Below, piece by piece: positions 8,867 through 20,595 of a stretch of 64,000 bases of DNA (positions are counted from its first letter, which is position 1; each line of letters starts with the position of its first letter). The notes under the pieces are model-generated. The model did no database searches and was not told the origin of the DNA. It saw only the letters and a program-made list of their open reading frames with translations. Source of the stretch: Hyphomicrobiales bacterium (GTDB lineage Bacteria > Bacteroidota > Bacteroidia > Bacteroidales > JBGRPZ01); assembly GCA_041725915.1 (NCBI GenBank), contig JBGRPZ010000009.1, positions 499 to 64,498 on the forward strand, written 5' to 3'. The position numbers and the translations under genes are program-made.

Positions 8867-10972
8867 TTATTTTTTACACCATTTGTCTAACCAGCTAGAG
8901 AAAGTTCTTTGCCATAAGATACCATTTTGAGGCTTTAATACCCAATGGTTCTCATCAGGGAAATATAAGAACTCAGCAGGAACACCTTTAAGTTTTGCAG
9001 CATTGAAAGCTCCCATTCCTTGAGTAAATGGTATTCTATAGTCATTCTGACCATGAACAACAAGTAGAGGAGTATCCCAATTTTGTACAAATTTATGAGG
9101 AGAGTTTGCAAAGCTTCTTTGTGCTACTTTGTTTTTCTTATCCCAATAAGGTCCACCAAGATCCCAGTTTACAAACCACATTTCTTCTGTTTCTGTATAC
9201 ATAGATTCTAGGTTGAACATACCGCAATGAGAGATAAATGCATTAAATCTCTTATTGTGATTTCCTGCTAGCCAGTATACAGAGAAACCTCCATAAGAAG
9301 CTCCAACAGCAGATAAATTCTTTTCATCAACAAAAGGTTCTTTTGCTACTTCATCAATTGCAGCAAAGTAATCTTCCATATTTTGTCCCGGATAATCCTG
9401 ACTGATTTGTTCTTTCCATGCCTGACCAAATCCAGGAACTCCACGACGGTTAGGAGCAACAACAATATAATCGTTTGCAGCCATCATCTGGAAATTCCAT
9501 CTGAATGAGAAGAATTGGCTAACGCCACTCTGAGGGCCTCCCTGACAATAAAGGATTGCAGGATACTTCTTGTTTGGATCAAAGTGTGGAGGATAAATAA
9601 CCCATGTTAACATTTCTTTGCCATCAGTAGTTTTGATCCATCTTTCTTCAACTTTACCCATTTTAAGTTGACCAAGAAGATTATCATTTACATCTGAAAT
9701 TTGTGTGTCTTCGCCTGTAGTAGGATTCACAGAAAAGATTTCTGTTGGCATAGACATACTCATCTTTTGTGCAATCAGAACATCACCAACAGGAGTCGCA
9801 GACTTGAAGTTGTGAACTCCTTTTGTAATTTGAGTAATTTCTTTTGAAGCAATATCTAACTTGAAGATCTGATCTTTTGCTTGATTGTTGCTTACAAAAT
9901 ATAAAGTCTTGCTGTCAGGAGTCCAACTAAGACCATGAGCATCATTATCAAAATCTTTGGAGTACTCTGTGTTTATACCATTTCCCATATCTCTGATAAA
10001 GATTCTTACTCTGTCAGCTTCATAGCCATCGCGCTCCATGCTTTCCCATGCTAGCATTTTACCGTCAGGAGAGAATACAGGATTTTGATCATATCCCATC
10101 ATGCCTATAGTAAGGTTTGTAGTCTTTCCTGTAGCCAAATCATAAGAATAGATATCTGTATTGGTAGATAAAGCGTATTCTTTACCAGTAAGCTTTCTGC
10201 TTGTATAAACGATAGTTTTACCGTCAGGACTCCATGCAAGCTGTTCCATTCCTCCCCAAGGTTTTACTGGAGATTCGAAAGGCTCACCTTCCATAATATC
10301 TTTAATGTTGCTTAATTGTTTTCCATCAAAATCAGCAACAAATGGATGAGGATAAGAATCTACCCAAACATCCCAATGTCTATACATAAGGTCATCCATT
10401 ACGCGACCTGTAGTTTGAGGAAGATCTTTGTAAAGGTTTGCAAACTTCTTCTCAGGATATATTTCTTTTGTGAATAGTACTTTTTTTCCATCAGGAGAAA
10501 AGCTAAATCCTGTGATCCCATCTTCTACATCTGATACTTGAGCGGCTTTGCTTCCGTCAGTGTTCATAATCCACATTTGCATGCTTCCTGATTCATAAGA
10601 CATATATGCAATCTTATTTCCATCAGGTGTCCAAGTAGCGTTATATAATCCGCTGGTAGTTTTTGTGATTTGCTTTTTGTTTGAACCATCGATGTTCATA
10701 ACATATAAATCACGATTACTTTTATTCAATGGAATATCATAATATGAAATTCCATAAAGTATTTGTTTTTTATCTGGAGAGATTTGTACACCTCCTAAGC
10801 GACCAAAAGACCATAAAACTTCAGGAGTCATTACATCACTATTGAGTTTGATGTCTTTCTTACCAATATAAGGTGTCTCTTCTTTCTTTGTATTTTCCTT
10901 TTTTTCTGGGTTACCGCAAGCGACTAAACCTGCAAAGGAGCATAAAGCTACCCACTTAAAGATTCCTTTCAT
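8867..10972 (-). CDS. S9 family serine peptidase (TolB-like beta-propeller + prolyl oligopeptidase/acylaminoacyl-peptidase catalytic domain), lipoprotein
   Basis: 701 aa. Lipobox LVAC. Repeated SPDGK propeller motifs. Catalytic GASYGGF (Ser), DYRIP (Asp) and DENHW (His). Confidence 0.85.
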   Translation of the reverse strand: MKGIFKWVALCSFAGLVACGNPEKKENTKKEETPYIGKKDIKLNSDVMTPEVLWSFGRLGGVQISPDKKQILYGISYYDIPLNKSNRDLYVMNIDGSNKKQITKTTSGLYNATWTPDGNKIAYMSYESGSMQMWIMNTDGSKAAQVSDVEDGITGFSFSPDGKKVLFTKEIYPEKKFANLYKDLPQTTGRVMDDLMYRHWDVWVDSYPHPFVADFDGKQLSNIKDIMEGEPFESPVKPWGGMEQLAWSPDGKTIVYTSRKLTGKEYALSTNTDIYSYDLATGKTTNLTIGMMGYDQNPVFSPDGKMLAWESMERDGYEADRVRIFIRDMGNGINTEYSKDFDNDAHGLSWTPDSKTLYFVSNNQAKDQIFKLDIASKEITQITKGVHNFKSATPVGDVLIAQKMSMSMPTEIFSVNPTTGEDTQISDVNDNLLGQLKMGKVEERWIKTTDGKEMLTWVIYPPHFDPNKKYPAILYCQGGPQSGVSQFFSFRWNFQMMAANDYIVVAPNRRGVPGFGQAWKEQISQDYPGQNMEDYFAAIDEVAKEPFVDEKNLSAVGASYGGFSVYWLAGNHNKRFNAFISHCGMFNLESMYTETEEMWFVNWDLGGPYWDKKNKVAQRSFANSPHKFVQNWDTPLLVVHGQNDYRIPFTQGMGAFNAAKLKGVPAEFLYFPDENHWVLKPQNGILWQRTFSSWLDKWCKK

Positions 10973-11086
10973 TCTGTAACTTATGTGATTAACGGTTTAA
11001 AATCAAAGGTGGCAAGTTAGAAAAAATATAATCCTAATAAAAGAACTTATTCAGATATGCTATTTATTTTAGAATGGATATTTAAT

Positions 11087-12664
11087 TTAAAGTTGATTGA
11101 TATACCATTGTATAATCAAAGAACTAAAATGTGTAGAATATTTTAATTTGACTCCTTTTGTGTTAGCATCTTTTCTCATCTGATCTGTTATCTCCTTATA
11201 GGCGATATAATCATACCTTTTCATGAGTAAAGTTTTCATTGAAGAGGGAAGGAGAGTTTCTTTTAATTGAGTTCTGAGAATTCCCAATGTACTTTTTGTT
11301 TTCTCTCTTTTCAGCCTTTTGCTAAGCATTATATTCATAGGAGCAAAGAAACTTTCTTCTAATACTTCAGTATATAGATCTGTATTCAGCTTAAATTCAT
11401 AAGAAAGCTTATTGAAGAAATTCACCAGATCTTTGTCCCATAATGGAAGCATATAATTATACCCATAGAAATTATATGCCCGACAAGAGTTTACTATAAA
11501 TCTAGATTGTCGATTTTCAAAATTCCAGTTCTCATATCTATTATAGAATTTGCCGAATTCTGGAATATCATTAATGTTTTCTTTGAGGAAGGTTTCCTTT
11601 ATTGAATCATCAATCTTTGTATAGACAAAATGTGTCTTTAGAATATAATTGAGTATATCATTATTTGAATTTAAATCTGTGTGTTCGTTCTTAAGATGGC
11701 TTCCTGAAATAGAATCTCCAGAATGACCAGGAATAAAGATGCAATCTTTTTGTAGAAAGTTATTCTCTTTTAGATATGAAACACTGAAATATTCTTCCAT
11801 ATAAAACATAGAAGAATGATTTGATAAATATTGATAGTAATCTTTGAACTTTGGATCGGATAGATACCCATCAATTATTTGATCTGCATATTCAATAAAT
11901 ATCCATTTGTAATTTAGGCGTTTGGCAATTTCTTTAGCAATTACAGCTTCTTTTGAAGCTTCTTTTCCATAGGTATAACATAGGACATTTTCATAATTAT
12001 GCTTTCGTATCATTGCAAGTATAATTCTGCTGTCATATCCTCCACTTAATGGTATTACCAATTGTTGTCCATTTAAATTGGATAAGAATCTATCAAAAGC
12101 AGATTCAATGATACTTGATAACTGATGTTTTGTCTCACCCCTAGTTGCCGTTGTATAAGATTCAGGTATAAATCTATAATAATGTTCTTGTTGAATATTA
12201 CCATCCACAGAATTATAAAGTATAGAAGAACTCTTGATTTGATGTATGTTATCTATAAGCGTATTCTCTCTCAAAGTAAATCCAAGGGCAGTAAATTCTT
12301 TTAGATAACCTTGATTTATGGAATAATCTGTTTCCTTTAATAAGTCTTTGGTGGTAGTTGCGATATGTATCTTATTATTCTCTTGAGAATAAAAGATAGG
12401 GATGCTTCTACATATATCAGTTCCTGCAATTACTTTATTATCGTTTATAATAATAAAAGCAAATAAACCATTTAAGGCATTAAGAGTGTTTTTGATATCA
12501 TCTAAAGATAGATGTCTTTTTTCGTTGAGGTAAGATATAAAGTCAATTCCTGTTAGGTAAGTATTATCAATATATACATATCCTCTTACCCAGATGCCAT
12601 TGTTTGATGTCCAATATATTTCATCTGTTTTTGAAATAGTTACTTTTATTTTTTCTTGCATCAT
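11087..12664 (-). CDS. asparagine synthetase B-like ATP-pyrophosphatase lacking the N-terminal catalytic Cys
   Basis: 525 aa. PP-loop LVIPLSGGYDSRIIL and the downstream AsnB-type synthetase region are present. The N-terminus is MMQEKIK, not the MCG of a glutamine-hydrolysing AsnB. Confidence 0.65.
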   Translation of the reverse strand: MMQEKIKVTISKTDEIYWTSNNGIWVRGYVYIDNTYLTGIDFISYLNEKRHLSLDDIKNTLNALNGLFAFIIINDNKVIAGTDICRSIPIFYSQENNKIHIATTTKDLLKETDYSINQGYLKEFTALGFTLRENTLIDNIHQIKSSSILYNSVDGNIQQEHYYRFIPESYTTATRGETKHQLSSIIESAFDRFLSNLNGQQLVIPLSGGYDSRIILAMIRKHNYENVLCYTYGKEASKEAVIAKEIAKRLNYKWIFIEYADQIIDGYLSDPKFKDYYQYLSNHSSMFYMEEYFSVSYLKENNFLQKDCIFIPGHSGDSISGSHLKNEHTDLNSNNDILNYILKTHFVYTKIDDSIKETFLKENINDIPEFGKFYNRYENWNFENRQSRFIVNSCRAYNFYGYNYMLPLWDKDLVNFFNKLSYEFKLNTDLYTEVLEESFFAPMNIMLSKRLKREKTKSTLGILRTQLKETLLPSSMKTLLMKRYDYIAYKEITDQMRKDANTKGVKLKYSTHFSSLIIQWYINQL

Positions 12665-12930
12665 TTTATTAAAAGTAATAGTAAAGTTTTTTCGATAATA
12701 GGTGTTTAATGTTTTTTATGTTCCAGACTTTTTTAAGCCAATGTTTATTATAATAATGAGTGCTTTTCCTTATAAATGGTTGCACCATTATGTAAATAAT
12801 TTATCTTTTATTTTTCATGTAATTAGATTACACCCTTAAAAAGACATAAAGTTACTATAATAATGGTTTGATTAATGCTTGGTTATCTATAGGATTGAGT
12901 TTTTTAGGAGTAATTTTTTCATAAAAAAAA

Positions 12931-12959
12931 AGAGAGCTTAAATATTATTTAAGCTCTCT
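12931..12959 (-). terminator. terminator of the tRNA pair
   Basis: AGAGAGCTTAAAT-att-ATTTAAGCTCTCT hairpin lies immediately 3' of tRNA copy 1 and is followed by T9 on the minus strand. Confidence 0.65.
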
Positions 12960-12966
12960 TTTTCTG

Positions 12967-13040
12967 TGGCGAGAACGAGAATTGAACTCGTGACCTCCGG
13001 GTTATGAATCCGACGCTCTAACCGACTGAGCTACCTCGCC
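12967..13040 (-). tRNA. tRNA with CAU anticodon (Met elongator-like; Ile2/lysidine not excluded), copy 1
   Basis: The reverse complement folds as a cloverleaf: GGCGAGG-TA-GCTC-AGTCGGTTA-GAGC-G-TCGGA-TTCATAA-CCCGG-AGGTC-ACGAG-TTCAATT-CTCGT-TCTCGCC-A. It is 74 nt and no CCA is encoded. Confidence 0.9.
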
Positions 13041-13077
13041 AAAAATGTTTTTTTAATAAATAAGAACGTTACTTTCG

Positions 13078-13151
13078 TGGCGAGAACGAGAATTGAACTC
13101 GTGACCTCCGGGTTATGAATCCGACGCTCTAACCAACTGAGCTACCTCGCC
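13078..13151 (-). tRNA. tRNA with CAU anticodon, copy 2
   Basis: Identical to copy 1 except for one D-loop base (AGTTGGTTA vs AGTCGGTTA). It lies 37 nt upstream of copy 1. Confidence 0.9.
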
Positions 13152-13159
13152 GTTTTGCG

Positions 13160-13196
13160 GTTGCAAAGGTAGAATAATAATTTAATCACACAAGGG
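13160..13196 (-). promoter_or_regulatory. Bacteroidetes-type promoter for the tRNA pair
   Basis: On the minus strand, cTTG (13191-13194) is followed by 19 nt and then TACCTTTG (13164-13171), 13 nt upstream of tRNA copy 2. This is the TAnnTTTG -7 element. Confidence 0.55.
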
Positions 13197-13354
13197 TTTC
13201 TGCGTAAAAAAAATGCTGAAATATTTGTGTTTTTATGCTCATAGCAGGCAATTATCAGAAATTCAAGGACATTGCAGTGCTGGAAAAATAATGTTTTTTT
13301 TCTTCATTTTTCACATGTTCTTTCTTCACTAAAAGATTTTATTAAAAGTTCATC

Positions 13355-14251
13355 TTATTTTTTAGACTTTCTAAATTGTTGTGTTGTTAACTGAGATAAA
13401 TATAATCCTAATAATACGATACAAATTCCTATTATTTTATGTAAACTGAATTTCTCATCAAGGAAAAAGAATGATGAGAAAGCCGTGAACATAGGCATCA
13501 AATTGAAAAAAAGATTAGCTCTACTGGGGCCCAGTTTTTTTATGGAATATGTGAATAAGATAAATGCTCCACTTGATGCAAAGATGGCTAATAGTATGAC
13601 TGCCTTTATTGCTGTAAAACTAGGGACTGTATGAATAATTTTACCCCATTCCCACCAAAATAAAAAGGGAATAAATAAGATACATCCAATTATATTCTGA
13701 TATAAAACAATAGTCATTGCATTATATTTCTGTGTAAGTTTTCTCTGTACCAAGGAATAGAAAACTCCTGCAACTACAGTAAGAGACTCCAAAATAATAC
13801 CAAAGATATCAGAATTGAATCTAAAGTTGTCGGTTGTCAGTGTGATGAAAACCCCAACACACGATATAACCAATCCTATAAGGAACTTTGGAGAAAATCT
13901 TTCCCTCAGAAAGAAGTAGGCAGCAATGGGAGTGAATAAGGGTAGTGTTGCTATTATTACTGATCCAACGGTAGCAGTCACTAATGTCAAACCTTCATAC
14001 TCTGTGATAAAGAAAATAAACGGGCTTAATATCCCTCCTAATAAGAATAAAGGATAATCTTTTTTTTCTACTTTCTGATGAGACTTAAGGATTGATAATA
14101 ATATATATATAACTATTATTGAAATAACTAATCGTAAGAAGATTGTTGTAATAGGCCCAAAATCAACAAAAGCCTGTTTTGTCCAAACAAATGCAATCCC
14201 AAAGAAAAAGCTTGATAATACAGCTGCTAAATAGGTTTTAAACTTATCCAT
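13355..14251 (-). CDS. EamA/DMT family transporter
   Basis: 298 aa, about 10 predicted TM helices, duplicated EamA-like halves. Paralogous to 15203..16114 (shared blocks such as GPITTIF.RL, TLPLF.P, FILFTY..K.LG). Confidence 0.8.
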   Translation of the reverse strand: MDKFKTYLAAVLSSFFFGIAFVWTKQAFVDFGPITTIFLRLVISIIVIYILLSILKSHQKVEKKDYPLFLLGGILSPFIFFITEYEGLTLVTATVGSVIIATLPLFTPIAAYFFLRERFSPKFLIGLVISCVGVFITLTTDNFRFNSDIFGIILESLTVVAGVFYSLVQRKLTQKYNAMTIVLYQNIIGCILFIPFLFWWEWGKIIHTVPSFTAIKAVILLAIFASSGAFILFTYSIKKLGPSRANLFFNLMPMFTAFSSFFFLDEKFSLHKIIGICIVLLGLYLSQLTTQQFRKSKK

Positions 14252-14784
14252 ATCCTATTTTATATACATTGAAATGGTTTAAAAACTACATATAATATGA
14301 AAGCTGATAAAAACCTTAAAGGAATTCTGTAAAGGTTGAAATACTTGCAGAATGAATGATTTATGCTTTATAGTCTATAAATCATTATAATGAGATGGTT
14401 TTAAATTAGTTCTAAGATAGAACTATTATTCTATTATAACAGATAAAATAATAATTGTATTCTTTTAGATCAGAATAATGAATCTTGACTTTTAAAATTA
14501 ATTCTGAAAAGAAAATCAAAAATAAAGAAAGCTTACAACGTTTATCCGAATACTTCTTGATCTTCTTTTTTAGCTGTTTATAAGCCTTTAAGGTGATGTT
14601 AAATGGTCTGAGAGTCCAATAAATAGACTTTTTCTTCAGGATTTTCATTTTTTTGCATATATGAACATAATGTTATGTAAAGAAAAGCTTTTTTTAAGAT
14701 AAAAAATGAATAGAAGTAACTAGAGAGAATATACTTCCCTAAGTGATTGATTATAAGCGGTTGTTTAACTTTGGATTTAGGGTG

Positions 14785-14940
14785 GAGTAGCAAGAATAAA
14801 ACTTTTAGGTAGCTAAAATTTTATTTTTTAGGTAGCAAGAATAAAAATTTTTAGGTAAGTCCAGATATATTATAGGTAGCAAGAAATTATTTTTTAGGTA
14901 GCTAAAATTTTATTTTAAGGTAGCAAGAATATATATTTTT
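14785..14940. repeat. array A: seven ~22-bp phased direct repeats AGGTAGC(A/T)A(G/A)AA..T-tract
   Basis: Unit starts are at about 14785, 14807, 14830, 14853, 14874, 14896 and 14918 (spacing 21-23 bp). The 38-bp block AGGTAGCTAAAATTTTATTTT.AGGTAGCAAGAATA occurs twice (14807 and 14896). Confidence 0.85.
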
Positions 14941-15202
14941 GAAGAAGCTACTAAATAATTTTAATGCACTGAATTGTATTTGGTTTATTATCAATGCGAT
15001 ACGCAAAACAACTAAAATTTGTAAAAAAGCGAGATAAGCGCACTTTTTTGATCAGGATTTTTGTGTTAATGTTTATCTAAAATCAAATGAGAAAGCTGTG
15101 TTTTTTGTATAGATAGGATAAAGGTTTATGCCACAAAAAAACCAATAAGTACTATTGTACTTATTGGTTGAATTAATTATATATTTATGTAATAGTTGAT
15201 TT

Positions 15203-16114
15203 CTAAGATACTTTCTTCACTTTCTTATTCATAAAAGAGAAGTTTAGACTTCCTTGCGATAGCATAAGTCCAACCAATACTATAAACATTCCAAGCACCT
15301 TATCCATAGAGAACTGCTCTCCAATCATAAAGAAACTAAAGATTGCAGTAAACACAGGTATTAGGTTAGAGTATAAGTTAGATTTACCTACGCCAAGATT
15401 CTTTAGAGCATAAGTAAATAGAATGAATGCTATAGCAGATGCGAATAATGCTAATTCAAGCATTGTAACTATTAACTCAGTTGTAGGAACAACTGAAATA
15501 AATTGTTGATACTCCTTAACAAAGAAGAAAGGCATAAAATAAAAGAAGCTAATAATATTTTGCATCTTTACGATGGTAATGGTATTATATCTTTCACTAA
15601 GTTTCTTCGTAGCTACACTATACCATATTGCAGCAGCAACAGCACCAAACAATAATAATACTCCTTTTGGATCTGCCTGAAAATTCAGGTTTTTGTCAAT
15701 CATCATGACTCCAATACCTGCAGTGGATAATAATAGGCCACTAATATTGAGCAGACTCAGTTTTTCTTTCATGAATATATAGCCTGCCAGAGGAGAAAAC
15801 AGAGGTATTGTTGCTACAATGATTGCCGCAATTGTCGGACTGACCAGCTCAAGACCATAATTCTCAAAGTAAAAGTAAAAGAAAGGACTTGCAAGTGCAG
15901 ATATAGCAAAAGGCAAAATATCTTTACGATTGATTTTCTGATTCTTCTTTAAAAAGAAAGAAAGAACATTTAAAATGATAAATGATAATAATAGACGAAC
16001 AAATATTGTTGTAATGGGCCCATAATATTTAAAAACAATCTTTGTCCATACAAATGTTAACCCAAATAAAAGCATGGCACCAACAGCAGCACCATGAATA
16101 TAAAATCTCTTCAT
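15203..16114 (-). CDS. EamA/DMT family transporter (paralog)
   Basis: 303 aa multi-TM protein, clearly alignable to 13355..14251. Confidence 0.8.
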   Translation of the reverse strand: MKRFYIHGAAVGAMLLFGLTFVWTKIVFKYYGPITTIFVRLLLSFIILNVLSFFLKKNQKINRKDILPFAISALASPFFYFYFENYGLELVSPTIAAIIVATIPLFSPLAGYIFMKEKLSLLNISGLLLSTAGIGVMMIDKNLNFQADPKGVLLLFGAVAAAIWYSVATKKLSERYNTITIVKMQNIISFFYFMPFFFVKEYQQFISVVPTTELIVTMLELALFASAIAFILFTYALKNLGVGKSNLYSNLIPVFTAIFSFFMIGEQFSMDKVLGMFIVLVGLMLSQGSLNFSFMNKKVKKVS

Positions 16115-16539
16115 GCCCTAAAGCCTTTCTTCACGTTTCAAAAAAATAAATAAAATGTTGGATTGAAACGATAATGATATGTACTTATTATATTCCCTTA
16201 GATTCTTATTTATTTAGGCGTGATATTTTTACTTAGGACTAATTTAATATTGTTATAATAATGATTGGTAAGTTTGAATTGTGATTTGACTTCTGAAGCT
16301 CTGTTTAGGTGGGTGTTTGAATAGTTTTTTTTATAAGAATACATATGAGCTTAAGTTTGATTATATGTATAAGTTTATTTTTTTGATTATCTTTATAGTA
16401 TACTCTTCGTACAAATTTTATTATCTCAAATAATACTAAAGCTATGTCTCACCCTATAAAAGTTAAATTATTATAATAATGTGATTTTGAGATAATTTGA
16501 ATTTTTTCTTTTCGTTTTAGAAATCAAAATTTCGTGTCT

Positions 16540-17277
16540 ATGAAGCATGTCCTCGAAAATTTACCAAAAGTCATGCTGATGATGCTGTTCTCTATATTTT
16601 CTCCAAGTGTCAATATTACACGCTCTGGGAAAAAGACTGTAGGGAATGGTACATTGTCAAAAGAAAAAAGAGCTATTAAGTTTTTTAACAATATACATTT
16701 ATCTGGATGTTTTGAGGCTGAGATTTGTGAAGGGGATATCCCTTCTGTAGAAATTGAAGCTGATGAGAATATACAAGGCATTGTTAAAGTAGATGTGGAT
16801 AATAATACTTTAGAAGTTTCTACTAATCAACCTGCCTTTAATCCTACAAAAATAAAGATTGTTGTTACTGTTGATAAACTTGACTCTCTCCATGTTGAAG
16901 GAAATGTGGATGTGTTGGTCAGAAAAAGTTGTTTTTCCGGAGTATTAGAGTTGAATGCAAAAGGAGTGTGTCGCTTGAATATGGATATGAATATAAGCTA
17001 TCTAAATTGTAATACTTCTGGCGCATGTAAGCTTAACTTGAGAGGCAATGTAAATAAAGGTATATTCAATATATCAGGAATCTCTCAACTAAGGGCAGTA
17101 GATTTGGATGTTGATCGTTTGATATTAAAAGCCGATGGTGCTTGTGAATGTTTTGTGAATGCGAATCAACTATTACATTCTACAGTATCAGGTCTTTCGA
17201 AAGTAAGCCATAAATGTCTTGAAAATACTCTTGTAGAAACAGAAAGGTCTTTCAACTCAGTTGTTGAACCTATATAG
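16540..17277 (+). CDS. DUF2807 / head-GIN domain protein (putative adhesin-head-like beta-helix)
   Basis: ORF 16534..17277 begins at a GTG; the ATG is at 16540. The pattern F..I.L.G......I..G...SVEIEADENIQGIVKVDVDNNTLEVS and repeated G.C.L...G beta-strand rungs are typical of DUF2807. Confidence 0.6.
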   Translation: MKHVLENLPKVMLMMLFSIFSPSVNITRSGKKTVGNGTLSKEKRAIKFFNNIHLSGCFEAEICEGDIPSVEIEADENIQGIVKVDVDNNTLEVSTNQPAFNPTKIKIVVTVDKLDSLHVEGNVDVLVRKSCFSGVLELNAKGVCRLNMDMNISYLNCNTSGACKLNLRGNVNKGIFNISGISQLRAVDLDVDRLILKADGACECFVNANQLLHSTVSGLSKVSHKCLENTLVETERSFNSVVEPI

Positions 17278-17415
17278 TTCTTGAATTAAGATATTAGTAA
17301 CTCTGTTACTAATTTTATCGATGCTAATCTGTGCAAACTATCCTAGATAGTAATTAATAGGTGTCGATGGTTACTGGTTTCAATTTGTGTAATTATTTAT
17401 ATTATTGATTTTGAA

Positions 17416-17446
17416 AGAGGCAGATCGTATGATCTGCCTCTTTTTT
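17416..17446 (+). terminator. rho-independent terminator
   Basis: AGAGGCAGATC-gtat-GATCTGCCTCT is followed by T6. It lies between DUF2807 (+) and ligA (-). Confidence 0.65.
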
Positions 17447-17468
17447 ATTATGAAAGAAGGTTTTATTG

Positions 17469-19523
<2,055 letters not shown>

Positions 19524-19645
19524 TTAAACGGAAAGTTGGTATCTTAAAAATGAAAAACAATCTTCATTTCATGTATGTTTATTATTCTGCGAAAATAAAA
19601 AAAAGCCGGCAGATAACCGACTTTGTAATGAGACTCAAAATTAAG

Positions 19646-20509
19646 CTAGAATAAACCATTGTAGATGTAATCAATCGAACCAGTAATAACAGGATTGACC
19701 ATTAATACGGGTGTTTTTGTACTATTGAACATCATCTTTTCATCCCATGCAGTATGATTGAAACTAGGGGAATAGATATCTGAATTAGTTACAATGACCA
19801 ATAAGTCAGGATCAATTTCATCTGTAAATTTTAATATCTCTGAATCAAAGTTCTTATTACTGTAAGATTGGAATGTATGAATAGGGATCTTAAATCTATG
19901 GAACTCATTTTCTATCTGATCTGTGATTATTTTTATCTTATGTTCTGTATCAATATATTTCTGTTCTTGTTTGAAGATGTAGATTGTAGATTTAAATATA
20001 TTCGATAGAGCTATGGTAATATTTACCTTTTGTCGGGGTTCAGTAAAATTGCTGACAGGAAATAGTATACGTTTGAATTCTTTGGGCATAGAGTCATCTT
20101 GTACGATAAGGGTAGGAGCTATAGAGTTTAGCACTATTTTTAGGGCATGACTTCCCCACAGATATTGCAATCCTTTCTTTCCATGTGTTCCCAATACCAT
20201 AAGAACAGCATTATATTTATACACATATTGTGGAATATCGCTTGTTTTTCCTTCTGCTATCTCATATTCTACTCTGATTGAATGTTTTTCTTTTATGTTG
20301 TTACACTTTTCTACTAGCTTGTTCTCTATATATTCTATATCGAGATGTTCTTTTTTTAGCTTGGATTTGCTGGTTTTATCTAATAGATGTAAAAGAAGTA
20401 ATTTGGATTGAGAAGAAGTAGCTATTTTTATTGCGTGGTTGATTGCATTTTCACATACTTCAGAAAAGTCAGTTGGGATTAATATATATTGATCTGTTAG
20501 GTTGACCAT
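19646..20509 (-). CDS. tandem universal stress protein (UspA family)
   Basis: 287 aa. Two Usp-like halves (ILIPTDFSE... LGTHGKKG; ILFPVS...). Paralogous to 21660..22499. Confidence 0.7.
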   Translation of the reverse strand: MVNLTDQYILIPTDFSEVCENAINHAIKIATSSQSKLLLLHLLDKTSKSKLKKEHLDIEYIENKLVEKCNNIKEKHSIRVEYEIAEGKTSDIPQYVYKYNAVLMVLGTHGKKGLQYLWGSHALKIVLNSIAPTLIVQDDSMPKEFKRILFPVSNFTEPRQKVNITIALSNIFKSTIYIFKQEQKYIDTEHKIKIITDQIENEFHRFKIPIHTFQSYSNKNFDSEILKFTDEIDPDLLVIVTNSDIYSPSFNHTAWDEKMMFNSTKTPVLMVNPVITGSIDYIYNGLF

Positions 20510-20595
20510 AGCTCTGCACTTTAAGGGGGTTGATGTAAAAAGGAATAATGCTATAGGTTTAATTTTATGTATCTAAATTACAAAAAAACATTATT

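Noticed and set aside
11087-12964. Lasso-peptide cluster hypothesis for the Cys-less AsnB-like gene.
   Set aside because: There is no transglutaminase-like B protease, no RRE and no plausible precursor. The small minus-strand ORFs upstream stop after 5-10 codons.
14412-14793. Two overlapping minus-strand ORFs (78 and 64 aa) in the gap between the EamA genes.
   Set aside because: They are Lys/Ile/Phe-rich low-complexity translations of AT-rich DNA that overlap each other. No family motif is recognisable, so they are probably non-coding.
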